A stretch of 63,847 nt of DNA, filler included, from Olpidium bornovanus S191 (taxonomy: Eukaryota; Fungi; Olpidiomycota), in NCBI GenBank assembly GCA_017911155.1. It is 31 parts of 31 records of this genome, joined end to end, with 100 filler letters (N's around TTAATTAATTAA, not from the genome) between each part and the next. Parts side by side here need not be neighbours in the genome. Positions count along the whole stretch, not along the records: positions 1 to 2,993 come from JAEFCI010001255.1; positions 3,094 to 4,308 come from JAEFCI010001059.1; positions 4,409 to 9,369 come from JAEFCI010004875.1; positions 9,470 to 11,978 come from JAEFCI010007052.1; positions 12,079 to 13,480 come from JAEFCI010010886.1; positions 13,581 to 15,009 come from JAEFCI010007566.1; 25 more parts are not named here. One strand, 5' to 3'. The translations under genes and the position numbers were made by a program. Positions 1 through 13,763 of this stretch are shown piece after piece (position 1 is the first letter of the stretch; the number at the start of each line of letters is the position of its first letter). The notes beneath the pieces were generated by a model. It did not search any database. It saw only the letters and a program-made list of their open reading frames with translations, and had not been told where the DNA came from.

Positions 1-1540
1 CATGATCTCAAACTTCGTTACCGTTTCACTCTCGTTATATTGGTTTGGCGCTAAATTATTTCCAAATCAAAGTCCGAAAGGTTGCATTTCGTCACCTTTC
101 TGGCACGGCGACGCTTCCGCCGGAATAAAATCGAATAATACGGCGCATAGCCCCTTTGTGCACACTACCTGAACCAGTTGTCTCCCTTCTTATGATCGAC
201 AGCTCCATGTGCTTGATCTTTATGCGCACGAGCAGGAAGTAGATCTTTCCAACAATGACGTCCTTAAGGTTGTACTTGTTCTTGTTGTACTCAAACTCGA
301 TATGTAGACAATCCTCAATGCCAACCTCCATCTTGATGGGGTGGTTCATTTCCGGCGGCATCCGGTACGAATACACCCAAAGGTCCTTCTCCTTTACAAT
401 GTCTGCGGCGACTCGTCGCGCTATCGTCACCCGCACGAAGTACCTCAGTTTCACGTTGATCCCATTGTAGGACTCGTACGGTTTTTCCACGTTTTTGAAA
501 TCAAAGTTAAACGTCTGGTTCTGCCGCATCTCGCCGGGGATGGCAAGTTCCTGGACCAAAGAGGTGAACTCGTAATGGTTTCCGCGGTCGTAAAACATCT
601 CTGCGGGTGGGCAGCCAGTTCAGCACATCCCGGGGTGTCCAAAAATGCGGCAGCATCAGAGGCACGGTAGCAGTAACGAACCGGCGTTTTCCAATTCGCG
701 CGCATTGTTAGACGCATTCGCTTTCCCCGTGTTTTTATCGCTCACCGATGCTCCCGATGAACTCGATCTTGATTCCCGTATGCTCCACCTTCTTGCCGTC
801 TTTTATCCGCACGAGGACCTAACCGTATGTTGCCGTCGGACAGAACAACTCCGTGTCAGACGCATGAGGAAAGCAAGCGTGAGTGGTTGTCCCCGTGATG
901 TGCTGCGACCGACATCGGACGATGTATCCGCGGCCAGGGACCCACTGCCGTGACTGTTCACGATCGCCACACGCCGTCGTCCGCGAATTCACCTTGCCGG
1001 CGACTGGCTCGCCGTCGAAGTAGAGGGGGGACTGCTCGCGCTTATCCTTGTCAACCTTTACGTCGATGTGCTGTCGCTCGTCTTCGCCAGTGAACGATAT
1101 ATTGATATCGCAGGGCGGGGACAGGCCCAGCAGGCTCTAGGTTCGGCGAGCGGGGACGAGGAAGCAGCAGGGCCACTGCGGGTGAGCTCGCGAAGACGGG
1201 GGGCGCCTTCGCGCCCGCGCCCGCGCCCGCGTCCGCCGCTTGTCTCTTTCCTATACTCGGGTGGCCCTGCCCGGCGAACCCTCTGCCTGCACGGGGGCGC
1301 GGCAGCTGCAGCAGGTCCGATTGCTCCGCCGACAGAGCCCGCGGAACGGCACGCCGGAGTGGATCCAACGCGGGATGGGCTTTCTCGCCCTCACTGTATC
1401 CCCCCCCCCCCACGCCACCGCCCCCCACTCCGCGGCCCGCCGCGGAACTCCGCCCGACGCGTCATTCCTTTCCGGGCCGGGGCTGGCGGGCGGTCAGCGC
1501 GGCAAACGAGTTGGAGGCTTACGGCTACGGCCGACGCCAT
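1..1540 (-). CDS. VPS26: Retromer subunit Vps26, multi-exon, 3'-truncated at the contig start
   Basis: Spliced exons read [48 protein letters not shown] / [22 protein letters not shown] / [11 protein letters not shown]...[21 protein letters not shown]...[13 protein letters not shown] / [16 protein letters not shown]. The start ATG at 1540 (MASAVA then GTAAGC donor) is tentative. Confidence 0.95.
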
Positions 1541-2993
1541 TCTCCGTCGGCAGGGGGTGGTGGCGTCCGCGAGGGGTGCGCGCCTCTGAAAGTGCGCGCG
1601 ATCCAAAAAAAAAGGATGAAAAAAAAAAAAAAAAAAAACCCCCCCACTTCGGCGCACCGAGCGCGCCCGCGCGGGATGAGAGGACGCGAGGGCCTCCGCG
1701 GGAGGAGGGCGGAAAAAGAAGGAAAAAAAAAGGATGTTCAAATCGAGATCAGAGCCGACGCGCGTCGACTCCGACGAAAGAGATTGATTGCATGTCAGGG
1801 CCCACGAACGAATCGGGAGATCAACGAGAGGGGGATAGAAAAAATACAAAGTAGAGCATGGCAAAGTGCCTTCCATCACCCGCAGTATTTGATTCGTACT
1901 AGAGCTTAGTAAGCTTCCGGCTGCAAGCACAGCGCGTGCTGGCATTACTGCCTGTGGTCAAAAAAAAAGTGGCTGTGACTTGTCGACAGTTCTCATCAGT
2001 AGTGGGTCGTCTGTGCTCGGCAGCACCAAGTGACCGCGGGAGCGACTTGTTCAACAACATGGGGGAGGTCTGCAGGGGGACGATCAGCAGGGAGCACGGG
2101 GACTCGAGGCGAGCATAGGCGGATGGGGGCAAACAGGGGCGGCGGCATGTGCGGTGAAGGCAAGTACCCAGAGCTATGGTATATAGAGGGCCCCAAACGG
2201 GACCCTTGGAGTATAGTCTGTGGTCCAAGGGCAGAGGAGACCATAGTCCCGCAGGTTCTACACACCACTCTCTCGACATGTACCTGCCATTATCTGAAGG
2301 TAAAAATGATTGTAATAGGCATCGCATTAAACGTAGCAGGTATTCCAAACGCATTTTAACACTTGAATTCACGGTGACCACTCCCAACGCTTTATCAGGA
2401 AGCCCTGATGTCGACGCGCTCTGGTGGGATTTGGGCTGCCTGCGGGCCTTGATTGTTGCGTTCTTGTCATCTCGACCATGGCTTCCCGCCGCCGGTTCCA
2501 AAGCGTACGGGCTGCTGATGGACGCGATTTAAAACGACAGCATTCTTGTGCAACGGGACGCGCTACGGGTCGCCGGGGACTCAAGCCTGTGTCGTACGGC
2601 GCCACACACCGGATTGACATCCGACTTTCGCCCGCGCGCGCGCGAGAATTTTTCCTGAGCGCCCTACCTTATTACTGCGAGTCTTCGATCGTTTGCACGG
2701 CCCGGGTGTGTGTGTGTTTGGGGGGGGGGAGATGGCCTGGCAGGCGGGGTCGGTGCGGGGGGAAAGAGCAAAAACCGAGAAGAAGAAGAAGAAGAAGGCT
2801 CAGAAGAAAGAAGGGCTTTTTGCACGACGCCCCCCCCGCCCCCCCTCCAAACCAACTAGGAGAGGAGAGCCGGAAAAAAAAAAAAATCCCCTCAACAACG
2901 AAAAAAAAAAAAAAGAAAAAGTAAAAAAAAAAAGGCTGCGCGGGCGGGAGTCGCACCCCCCCCCCCCCCCGGGGGGGCCGGGGGGGGGATCGG

Positions 2994-3093
2994 NNNNNNN
3001 NNNNNNNNNNNNNNNNNNNNNNNNNNNNNNNNNNNNNTTAATTAATTAANNNNNNNNNNNNNNNNNNNNNNNNNNNNNNNNNNNNNNNNNNNN
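2994..3093. other. Artificial 100-nt contig linker (N44-TTAATTAATTAA-N44); first of 30 identical linkers, last at 62740-62839
   Basis: Identical six-frame-stop linker seen 30 times, dividing the window into 31 contigs. Confidence 0.99.
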
Positions 3094-3926
3094 CATGGTC
3101 GCCGCAAAAAAAAGGGAGAAACATCTGCTGACACAGAGGACCGTAAATCGAGAAATTTAAAAGGTGCTCGTTTACCGGTCAAAACGAACGTGTTATAAAA
3201 CAATTTCGGCTTCGTTGAAAAGCAGCCTCCCCTAAAAGCAACCTGAGCTTGGGACAGCCGTTTTGCTGCATTGATCGCCGGCTGTATGTCACGAGGAGAC
3301 GCCGAGTAGACCACGAGATCGGAGATGGTCGCGAATCGAGACGGCTGGAGGTCGAAAGACCGAAGGTTGATCGGAAACGGGCCGGGCTCCTTTTGGCTCT
3401 GGTGAACATTGAACCGACAGCGTTCGTCGCCGCTGATGACGTCCTCTTCGTCCAGGCTGCCCACCAACCACGGTCGCAGCACCTGCGATTTGGCCGGCTG
3501 GGCCGACAGACGCGGCGGCCCCGACAGAGGCGGCTGCCAGGGGAGGCCGCCGTCGAAGGCGGGCGGCGCTTGCTCTTCCTTCGCACGAACCAGGGCGAGA
3601 CCGCGGTAGCACGGGACGTCGCAGCGCGTCACGCCAAAGAACAGTTTCTGCGGGACGTTCAGGCCGTCGCAGCCGTGCAGCCAGGGGAAGAGGACGGCAT
3701 GGTCCAGCGGGCAGGCCCTGTACCCCTCGTCCAGGGCTTGGTATTGCCGCGCGGTGATGGCCCGGACCGGGGGGTCGTCTGACAGAAGCGCGAAATCGTC
3801 CAGGTCGATCTGGAGGTCCTCGTAGTCGAGTCCGCCGGCTCCTCGCCGGCGGTCCGCGGGAGCGGACGACTGCTGCATGCGCTGCTTGAGGGTGCTACAG
3901 TGGCGCCTGAATATGCCCTTCATCAA
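3094..3926 (-). CDS. PPS1: Pps1-like dual-specificity protein phosphatase, N-terminal part
   Basis: LFPWLHG motif and INLRSFDLQPSRFATISDLVVY, both typical of the fungal Pps1 N-terminal region; the catalytic domain is not in the contig. Confidence 0.75.
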
Positions 3927-5210
3927 AAAATTTCACCCAGGCGTCTCGACGGCTATCACCCCCTCCCCCCTCCCCCCCGCCGCCGCCGCCCGCCGCCGGC
4001 CTCCGGTCGCGCAGACCGGGCGTGTCGTGCTCCCAACGGCTTCCGCGGGGTGAGAGCGGTCCCCAGCCGGCGGCCGCGACCTCGAGCAGCGGCTGACAGG
4101 CGATGCTCCGCGGGATGCACGGGATAGGAAAAGTTGGCACGGGGTCGGAGGACGGAGCACGGGGACGGGGTGCGGGGGGCCTGGACGCGGGCTGTGTGTG
4201 CGTGTGTGTGTGTGTGGGGGGGGGGGTTTTCGCGCCTTTAGGTCTCCACGAACAAAACTCACGCCCGAGGTCCCGTCGGGCTCGAGGGCCTCGTCATCTA
4301 CAAGTACCNNNNNNNNNNNNNNNNNNNNNNNNNNNNNNNNNNNNNNNNNNNNTTAATTAATTAANNNNNNNNNNNNNNNNNNNNNNNNNNNNNNNNNNNN
4401 NNNNNNNNCCATGGCCCCGTTCCCTTTGTTTCGGTCATCATTTTCCGTTTCATCTCGTTAGTTCCCTCAGCACCGCATCGGGACGTCAGCTCAAACTAAT
4501 AAACGCCATTTGAGGGCGACGACTAATGTAATGAACCGGAAAAGCGGATTCCGGCGCCTCCAGGAAGGTGTTGCAACGTGCATTTCTTAGAAGACAACGC
4601 TGGATAGGTGTCGGTTGGCGCGCAGTCTTCGAAACCGACCCGAATGGGACCAAGAACTTTGCCTGCTTTCTCCTTTTGTTGAATGGTAGTTGATGCGGCC
4701 CCGAGCGGTGCACCAGTGCGCAATGCAAGAGGGAATCGAATCGTATTGCGGCGACCTGCATCTCCTCTCAATGATATCCCTTCGTATTTCTCAAACAGAC
4801 GACGTCTCCATCCGTTCTCCTGTCCTCCGTCGACCTCTCCTGTCTTTACTCATCGTCCTTCCTTTCGCGGCACGCCGTAGTAGTTCACGTCCGCCGTGCC
4901 GAACCCCACCGGGTGGCCCGCCACCGGTCCGCAGGAATCGAGTGGGGTCCCGGAGAGCGGCCGGCGACGCCCTGCCCTCGAAAGCGCCGCGCCCCCAGCC
5001 GCCCAGCACCTGGACTGCTCCGTTCTTGCCGCCCCCGTGCGCGGCCGACCCGTACGCTCCTGCGTCCGAACGAAAGGGCCGGAAGTGTGCGACGCTCCTT
5101 CTGTGCGCCACACCACGCATAAGAGTCGTCGTCGTGGACGGGGGAGGCCAGAGGCACCGGGCTGAGAAGAAAGGACCAGAGACGCGCGCACGGGGAGGAA
5201 AGGGACAATC

Positions 5211-8200
5211 ATGAAGTTCGCAAAGTATCTCGAGACTGAGAGCGTTCCCGAGTGGCGCAGCGCTTACGGTACGGCGGGGAGGGGAGACCCGCGCACGCCA
5301 TACCCCGCAACGGAAAGCATTCCCGGCCGCCTGACCGAGCTGCGATCCGGGCGGAGGGGCCGTTAATAACAGAAGCCGTCTGCACGGTGCCGCCTCCGGT
5401 TTTGCTCGCAGTTGGCTACAAGGTCATGAAGAAGGAGATCAAAAAAATTTCCCTGGCGGCCGCCCGGGCGCGTCCGGCTCAGCCCGTTTCCTCCGCGTCT
5501 TCGGCCTGGGATCACACCTTATCGACGCTTCCATCTGAAAACTCGATGGCCGCGCAGGCCAGCTCCGGCAAGTGCTTGATGGCAGGCCTGCGCGCTCCAG
5601 TCAGCCTCACCGCCGACAACGCGATCGCCACAAATCTCCCCGCCGTCGCCATCGGCGAAGACCCTGACGCGGGAACGCGGCAGTCGCAACAGCCCACCGT
5701 CGGGGCAACCCTTAAGCGTAACACCAGCAAATTTAGCAAGTTTCCGCGAAACCGCCGCTCGCCTAGAGGTGAGGAGGATGCGCGAGGTTTCAGCAGCTTC
5801 GTCGGACGATGTTAAGAAATTTTTAAAGGATTCTATTGAACGTAGCTCGGACGGTCGTCCCATCCTAACAAATTGTCGTTGTATAAACGAGCAGCGTCTA
5901 ACGCATCGTTCTTGTCTTTGCAGCAAGCCCAAACTTGTCCGTAGACTTGTCACTTAGTTTGGAGGACATACTGCAGACTCGCTGCCCCGAGGAACGCCAG
6001 TTTTTTGAGAAGCTTGATATTGAATTGGAAAAAGTAGTCGTATTTTACAAACGTGAGCTTGGGTGCGATGACAGTTGCTTTGGGCGTTATTGCCGCGTTT
6101 TCGACATTTTTCTTGGTTTGCGGCGTCCTGGAAACAACGATCAAGCGACTCATTTCCATAATCATGTCAGAGCGTGAGGCAGACGCAACCAAGACGTTCA
6201 ATGATCTCGTTTTCCAGACCAAAATCCTCAACGCTGCGAGCAGGAAGGATGACATCAAGGTGGAAAGTCGAGAGTTATGGTTCTCGTCGATTCCTGTTGC
6301 GGCTGCCGGCATCTACTCTTTCGGAATATACCTGCTGACAGTGTTGCTCCCGGGCCAGCCGACTACAGACAATGCGGTGCAGTGGATGAGGTTACACCAG
6401 AGCGCGTGGGACATCGTCAAGACCGGGGTAAACAACATCCGGGAGACCACGCGCGAGGTGCTCGATATGTCCCCGTCTGCGGAGGCGACGATCGAATTAA
6501 TACATAGAAGAAGATATTCGGAGGGGTCCATCCAGAAGCCCACGAAGCTCCCAGGATCAGAGGGCGCCTCTGGCCAAGTTGAGGTTGACGTCAAGGGAAA
6601 GGTTAGGCCTCGAACGGCCCGCTTCAGGCTTAAAAGGGCCATTCTCGCGTTCTACAACTATTTGATCATGCTTAAGAATTTTAAGGTAGAGTCCGGTTGT
6701 TACGCGCATTCAATTGCTCGGTGGTCCAGAAATTCGTTTGCATGTTTGACCTCTCGTCCGAACTTCGTCCTTGCTGAAATAGCTGCTAAACCAGGCCGCA
6801 TTTGCGAAAATCCTGTACGTTTGAATGCGTCGTCTCATGGTGTGCGGAAACGGATTACTCGCTGCTCAGCTTACGTCATGGCGCATTTTAATCATTTCTG
6901 CCTGTTTTTTTGGCGGTGGATTTTCGACGCAGCAAGAAGTTCGATAAGGCGGCGAACTGGCGTGCGTCGGACAAGTACATGCAGAAAGTGCACTACAACC
7001 CGATTGTGACGTCGATGGAAGTTGATAACCTCATCACCAAAGTTGAGGTGAGTGGGCTGATCACCCATCCAACTTGGGAAGGAGTTTGACGTCGACCATC
7101 TCCGAGATCTGATCTCGTGAAACTTGTGGAATCACGTTGCCCTTTTTCTCCACCTTTTGGATTTTCCTTCGCCAGAGACTTTATAGCAGCTGCTTTGAGG
7201 GAGGGGAACGCCGAGAGGCGATGCGGAAGCTGCGGGTCCCCGATCTAAAGCGGAAAGTATGCTATACTTGTCTCTCGTTCTATTTCTCTTAATTGTCTGG
7301 TTGTTTCTCCGTTTTCCTACTGCTGCGCGTTTCGTTCACGCGGCAGTCAGGCCGCTAGGCGATGTGCTCGCCAGTCTCACACGACATTAGACACACCACA
7401 TGGTCGCATGGCGAACAGGCGTTTACGTGGGCATGTCGCTGCCCGCCATACTGTACATTCTCACCGTAGGTTCGTATGCGCACGGTTCTTGGTGAGGCCA
7501 TTAAAACAATAAACTCCCGCCCTTTCAGCGCGTCATTTCGGGTCTTTTCGGGTGCTTGCAATTTGTTTTGACAAAGCTCCAGTTGGGACGGACGGGTACC
7601 CGTACCCCATTCCGCACCTCCAGGAGCTTATCATCATCTATTCGGGGTTCACGCTACCAATCATTTTCCTTATGCTGTTTTCGTGCAATATTTAGTGAGT
7701 GTAAAGCGCTGTCCAAGATATCTCATGCAATTTCCTGATTCGTCAATGTTTTTTCCTCTCTGGAGAGTATAAAATTGCTCACCTGGCTTTGGTTCCCATA
7801 ACCCGGTGTAGTGTCTGGACTAAGTGCATGATAAATTATCGGTAAACTTATCCGTCCACACCGTTCCCCCCCCCTCCTCCTCCCCTTTTCCCCCGTCCAC
7901 CCACCAGTCGGTATTTTCAGAATGTGCCTACGCCTCTTTCTCCAGTTATGACGCTAACCGCGTATCGTACTACCTTTCTTCACCCATTGTACAAGTTTTA
8001 TTTTTGAGTTTGAACCCCGGGACAACCTCGACTTCCGGCAATTCTTGGAGGTAAGTGAACGTCTTGCCGCTACCCGGAAGATTCCATATTTCTCTTGCTT
8101 ATGGTTGCGGAACTCATCGCTTGACCGCCGTCTTTCCGCTTCGCGGCCGGCCCAATAGTTTCCGTGCCTGTTCCTCTTCCTGTTGACATACACCGTCTTC

Positions 8201-9369
8201 TTCAACATCCATTACTTTTGGTTCGGCGGGTGGATAGAGCCCACGACATTTCCCGCACTGTTTTTTAGCGTTTCGTTCCTCCTGCTCTTCCTCCCTGCCC
8301 CAGTGTTCTACCACACCTCGCGGAGATGGATGGTCCATTCCCTGGTAAGGGAGGAGAGGGCGAAGACTGCCAATAGTTACTCCGTAGGTGCAGAAGTTGG
8401 CTAATTTTATTTGCCGCACGGGGTTTCTCATCCGTAATCTTGCCATCGAAGTCGAGGATATTGTTTTCGGGATTCAGTGGGTTTCGATTTTGCTTCGTGT
8501 TTAGGCCGTTGCGAGTGGTTTGGGTGTTATTGCGCGGGCCGCTGTCGTACGATATTCTGACGCCCTCGGTATTTTCGGCGGAAATTCGTCAACGCACGCC
8601 TTGTTTTTTCGGCGACATATTGAAATGCCGGCACGAATTGACACGGACTGCGTTAACAATATAAAAAGAGACAGTCGAGTTCCGCGATTTCTTTATTACG
8701 GACGAGCTCAACTCGCTGGTATACTTCTTTGTCTCCCTGCAGACCTTCTCGTGCACCTACAGTCATAATTGGGCAACGGATGTCGAGAGACCGTGTACAG
8801 TGCAGTTCAGCTGGGTGACGCCTTTCGTCAGCATGCTCCCGGGCGTGTGGAGGACTCTGCAGTGCTTGCGGCGCTATCGCGACACTCGCCAGGCTTTCCC
8901 CCACCTGGTCAACGCGGGAAAGTACACCACCAGCATCACAGTCGTCCTGTTCTCTGCGGCAATGACCTTAAGCGGTGTGTGGCCATTCGACATTCCTCAT
9001 TTCTTGTCTTTTGGGTCCAGATCAAGCTGAACTGTTTGGCACGGATGGAGGCAAACGACATGAAGTAATCCCCATTCTGCGACCGCCAGGAATATTTGCC
9101 GTTAAAGTCGTGTGGATCGTTCTCTCGGTGATCGCCACCGTGTACACGTACTGTTGGGACATATTTATGGACTGGGGCTTGGGAGACCGACGGAGCAGGA
9201 ATCCGATGCTAAGGGATCAGCTGGTGTACTCTTCCAAAAAGGTTTGCAAGAAACGAGAAACCGCAATTCTTACTGGGGCTGCGCCAGCCTTCCCTCGGTG
9301 TCGCTGATGCAGTTATTTACCGCGACCGTGCGAACGATGCTCAAACCTAGGTTTACTATTTCGCCATGA
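5211..9369 (+). CDS. SYG1: SPX-EXS protein (Syg1/XPR1 phosphate exporter family), multi-exon, 3'-truncated
   Basis: MKFAKYLETESVPEWRSAY / GYKVMKKEIKKI SPX start; FFEKLDIELEKVVVFYK; LKRAILAFYNYLIMLKNFK; EXS segments FHHTSRRW, VSMLPGVWRTLQCLRRYRDTRQAFPHLVNAGKY, YTYCWDIFMDWGL...MLRDQLVY. Confidence 0.95.
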
Positions 9370-9469
9370 NNNNNNNNNNNNNNNNNNNNNNNNNNNNNNN
9401 NNNNNNNNNNNNNTTAATTAATTAANNNNNNNNNNNNNNNNNNNNNNNNNNNNNNNNNNNNNNNNNNNN

Positions 9470-11562
9470 CGCGCCACGTGGCGCTTTACTGTGGAAGAGG
9501 AGAGTAAGAACGACAACTGCTTTCTCAGGACACGTACTCTGCTGGATCTCCAGCGCCCGGTTAAAGTTCTCGCCGACGGTGGTGGCCATGATACCCTCGG
9601 CGACCGCGGTATGAATGCGCAGGCTTGTGTGCTCGGCTTGAAGATCGCCGAGTTTGCCAACGAACTCGCGGATTTGCCCGACCGTCTTTGCTTGGTGGCG
9701 CGCCTCGTAGTCGGTGTTGATGCGCCTGGCAACCCGATTGAGAATGCTCCCTACAACGGCAAAGTTGAGATCCCGGATCTCGGAGAACAGCCGGTCGCTG
9801 TTGTTGAGCTGCACTTTGCGCTTTTTGGCCGGCACCGCGGCCGCCGCCGTTGACAATCCCCCTGCCGAAGCTGCCCCGTCGGCAGGCCCGGTGTTTGGCT
9901 GGAGCGTCGACGAGTTCAAGCCGGTCATATTCGCGTCGAGGTCCACAAAAGCTTTTTTTTTTCCAAACTAAGTCGTGAGCGGACTGCCCTCTCTGAGCAA
10001 CTGGGTTCCTCGTGAAGTTAAATAACTCACTGTTTTTTATTCCGTATACTTCATCCAACAAACCCTCGTACGTCAGCTGGGTCAGCAGAGGCGTGGCGTA
10101 GTCGACTGAACGGTCCAGAATAATAAGCGAATCAATCTTTTGAGAGATTGGTAACGACGCCGCGGTGTCGTCTACAGCCAGTTCTCTTCGCATGCGAAGA
10201 AGCAGATCCGCAAGACTCTAATTTGGCCAGCATGGGTTACACTCTCAGACGGCATATCACCGACAGCTAATTCGGCAAGCAAGCCCTAGCCCGTCCTGCG
10301 CTCACCTTCGCACAGTCACCCTTACCGAGAATGCGTGGTATTAGGCCGTGCATGCGCTGGATCTCCATGAGCGCTTTGGCGACGTAATATATCGCCGTGG
10401 AGTCTCTGTCAAAATAGATGTCCTTGAACGAACTATCAATTTCTAAAGAAAGAAGGTCGTCTTCGAGGGGGATAAGGTTTAGCGCGTATTGGCCAATGGT
10501 AATGTGTGTTGATTGGCAGTATATCAAGGAACAGAACGGGCAGTCAGAACTGCTTGAATTACGTCGACGAGCCTAAAGCGAAACTCCGCGGAAAAAAAGC
10601 AATAGGATATCTCCATAGACACCGGCTTCTTCAAGCAACCTCTCGCAGATCACAGACCGCCTTGGAACGAAGAAGAGCTTGTACTCTATCGTGTGGCCAT
10701 CCTGCGAATGTTGCTTGATTTGCTCTGGGAAACAAAAAAAATAGCAGCTCGGAAGTTGGCGGACGCGGGGCAAAATTCATAATCACAAGGCGTACTCTTA
10801 CCGGCGATGTATCCCATGTCCTCCAACTTCGGCCGACATAGATATATTAAGCTGCGGCATTCCGTGTCTAACCTGCCGGGCTGGAGGTGGTAAATCTTTT
10901 CTACGCCGCGTTCCTTGCAGCCAAGGAACGTAAGGGGCGTGAGGGACGTTCACCTTACGTGCCAAACGTTCCGCGGCACGGCGCTTCGCCATGGTCATTC
11001 ATTTAAACAGCTCTTCCGCGACGTGGCGCCACGCTTCTCAACTCCGCCGCCATACAGATGCCCCTCACCTGGAGGACGGAGAATTCCGTGATCAGGCTCA
11101 GCGGCCCGCTGAGGTTCCGGTCCAGCACCAGGCCCTTTTTGCCTCTGACCTACCACGGCGGGCACGGAAGAACAGAATTATGGCGCGCTAACTCGACGAA
11201 GCGGCCGCAAAACTGCCGCAGAAAACTGAGAGCGGTTATCGCAGGCCAGACGCGCGAGGGCTTTGGAGCGCCGGGCGGAACATTCCGCCGTTCGGCCGGT
11301 TCTTCCGCCGGCCGGCGAACGCAAGGCACGATTCGAGCCGTGGTTCCGCGGAGGAGGCGCGTACCGAATCGAGCACGGCGCAGAGGTCCTTCCGCGCCGC
11401 GTCGGCCAGCGCGGCAGTGTTGATTGCCGGGCTCCTGAACCTCTGCTGCTGACTGTGGTCGAGCTGCGGCGGCGGCGGCTGGCCGAGAGCCCCCGCCGCC
11501 GCTCTGGCCAACCCGGCCCTGTCGTGTGGGGCGGCCGCGGCGCCGGCTTGAGCGGCGGCCAT
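9470..11562 (-). CDS. VPS33: Sec1/Munc18-family HOPS/CORVET subunit Vps33, multi-exon, 3'-truncated
   Basis: INTAALADAARKDLCAVLDS / VRGKKGLVLDRNLSGPLSLITEFSVLQ / YALNLIPLEDDLLSLE / IPRILGKGDCAK / DSLIILDRSVDYATPLLTQLTYEGLLDEVYGIKN / LNNSDRLFSEIRDLNFAVVG. Confidence 0.96.
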
Positions 11563-11890
11563 GCCCAGCCTGGCTGTTCTGTTTACCTCTTTTTCGTCCG
11601 CGGCAAGCGCGGTTCGATCTCTGTGTTCTCTCTCTCTCCCCTCCTCTCCTTCTTTCCTTCCTTCTTCTTCCCCATAGAGTCCCCCCCCCCCCGTTTCCCC
11701 CTTTCCCGTTTTCTTCCCCCCGCCCGGGGTGTGTCGGGTGGAGGAGGGTGGGCGCGGGAGTGTGTGTTTATGCGCACTCTCTCCCGCCCGTTTATGCGCC
11801 CTCCCTCCCGCCCCGCGCGCGGACTCTCAACCCGCCCTCCTTTTTTCCTTTCCCTCCCCGGGCGCCCGCGGGCTCCGTCCCCGTCCGGCC

Positions 11891-11951
<61 letters not shown>

Positions 11952-12078
11952 GCCCCCGGGGGGGAAAACACACAAAACNNNNNNNNNNNNNNNNNNNNNN
12001 NNNNNNNNNNNNNNNNNNNNNNTTAATTAATTAANNNNNNNNNNNNNNNNNNNNNNNNNNNNNNNNNNNNNNNNNNNN

Positions 12079-13380
12079 CATGGTTCCGTGCAAAAAACCA
12101 AACGTGTGCAGTGACCGAGCGACCTTCGAGCGCCCCCGTCAAGGTGCCGTGCCGTTTGAGAGCGCGGGGAACCGCAAAATGGGGCGCGGCGAGTAAGAAT
12201 CGCGTTCATCGGCTTGCACGACCCTCCTCCATCTGCGGAACGAGGCTCGAGGTCAACTGAACACCCTCCCTCCCCCACCTTCGCCTCCTTCGCTGTGGGG
12301 TCCAGAAGAAAAACGCCGTCCTCCGTTACGGCGCAGGTCGCCGCCGCGACGAGCTCGGTCAGGGAGATTCCGGCGTCGATTAATGCCAACGTGGCCGCGT
12401 TGACCGCCGCTGACAGCGCCTGCGCGGGCGGAATATCTCGTACGGGTCAAAATGGTCGAAAGTGCGGAAATTCCCGCAAAAACCGGGCGCAAACGCGTGT
12501 TGACGTCTGGGCCCAAAACATACAGATCCGTCATTGCCGAGCACCTGTATTACGATTTGGATGAGCGTTCTCGGGTGCAGGGTAGCCGCAATTATGTGTG
12601 ATGCAGTTTCTCGTACGGCGGCCTCAAAAGTTTTCTCCAACGGGGCTGAAATGCGCAAGGTAACACATATTGGACAAAGCCGGGTTCTCCTGGAGTCTCC
12701 CCTCACCTTCCCTTCCCCCCTTGGGCGGGCTCCCAGTCGGCTAACCCCTGAGCACCGCGTTCCAAGAGCAACGACGCGAACGGGGAATCCGAACGCCGGT
12801 CACTCACTGGTTACGCCGACCAGCGGTCGGAATACCGCTTGGATCGTCGCCCTGTCGAGCAACTCCTCACGTTGCCGCACTTCAACCGGACCGTACACGC
12901 CAACCAGAACCTTGGTCTGGTCTTTCGGAAGAAGTGAGAGGGTGCAGATTCTGTTTACCGGACCAGGGTCGTGGCAGCGCGAAAACGACGACGACAGCCG
13001 CGTCGCCCTTTTTTTTTTTCTTTTTTTTTTACCGACACCACACAAGGACGCAGAAACGCTCTCTTTTTCTCTCTTTCTCTCCTCTCCCTCTCTTCCATCC
13101 GGAGCACGCAAAAGCGCGGAGGGACAGGAGAGCGCGGAGGGACAGGAGAGCGCGGAGAGCCCGCCGCGCGTGCCGGAAAAGAAGCAGAAAACAGGCGCAA
13201 AAACGGAGAAAGACGGAAAACCAAAGGTGGCGGCGTACCTCCACAGTCGTACCTCGCCGACCCGTCGGTCCTCTCCAGCAGGGCCAGCTCGCACCCCGGC
13301 GGCCGCAAATCGCTGCATTGCCTGCCGTCGGCGCGCGCGCTCGACGCGGGCGGAGGCTGTCCGCCGGCGGCGGTTCCCAT
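12079..13380 (-). CDS. RRP46: Exosome core subunit Rrp46 (EXOSC5, RNase PH fold), multi-exon, 3'-truncated
   Basis: RADGRQCSDLRPPGCELALLERTDGSARY / TKVLVGVYGPVEVRQREELLDRATIQAVFRP / HPRTLIQIVIQVLGNDGS / NAATLALIDAGISL...LLDPTAKE. Confidence 0.92.
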
Positions 13381-13447
13381 CGCGAGCAGAAAGCGTGCAG
13401 TTGCCTAGGGCGCTAGCGGGGGGCGGGGCGTTTCCGTTGGGCCGCGG

Positions 13448-13480
<33 letters not shown>

Positions 13481-13596
13481 NNNNNNNNNNNNNNNNNNNN
13501 NNNNNNNNNNNNNNNNNNNNNNNNTTAATTAATTAANNNNNNNNNNNNNNNNNNNNNNNNNNNNNNNNNNNNNNNNNNNNAAACCCCCCCACAACC

Positions 13597-13660
<64 letters not shown>

Positions 13661-13763
13661 GCGGGGCCCCCCCCCCCCCCCCCCGCGAAAAACCCCCCCC
13701 CCCCCCCCCCCCAACCGTTTTCTCTCACCTTGACGCCCGCCTCCGGCGCGCCGTTTCGCGAAA

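Noticed and set aside
2030-2359. HTTLSTCTCHYL...AGIP, reminiscent of a SWIM zinc finger (MULE)
   Set aside because: Ligand spacing is incomplete and there is no other transposase motif or terminal repeat.
13441-13700. Long poly-G/C and poly-A/T runs at many contig ends and upstream of genes (also 11896, 16815, 30545, 42861, 49680, 57540, 63097)
   Set aside because: They may be real promoter tracts, but lengths are unreliable and they coincide with assembly breaks; poly-G is a known sequencing artefact. The poly-K/F/P ORFs derived from them are not credible.
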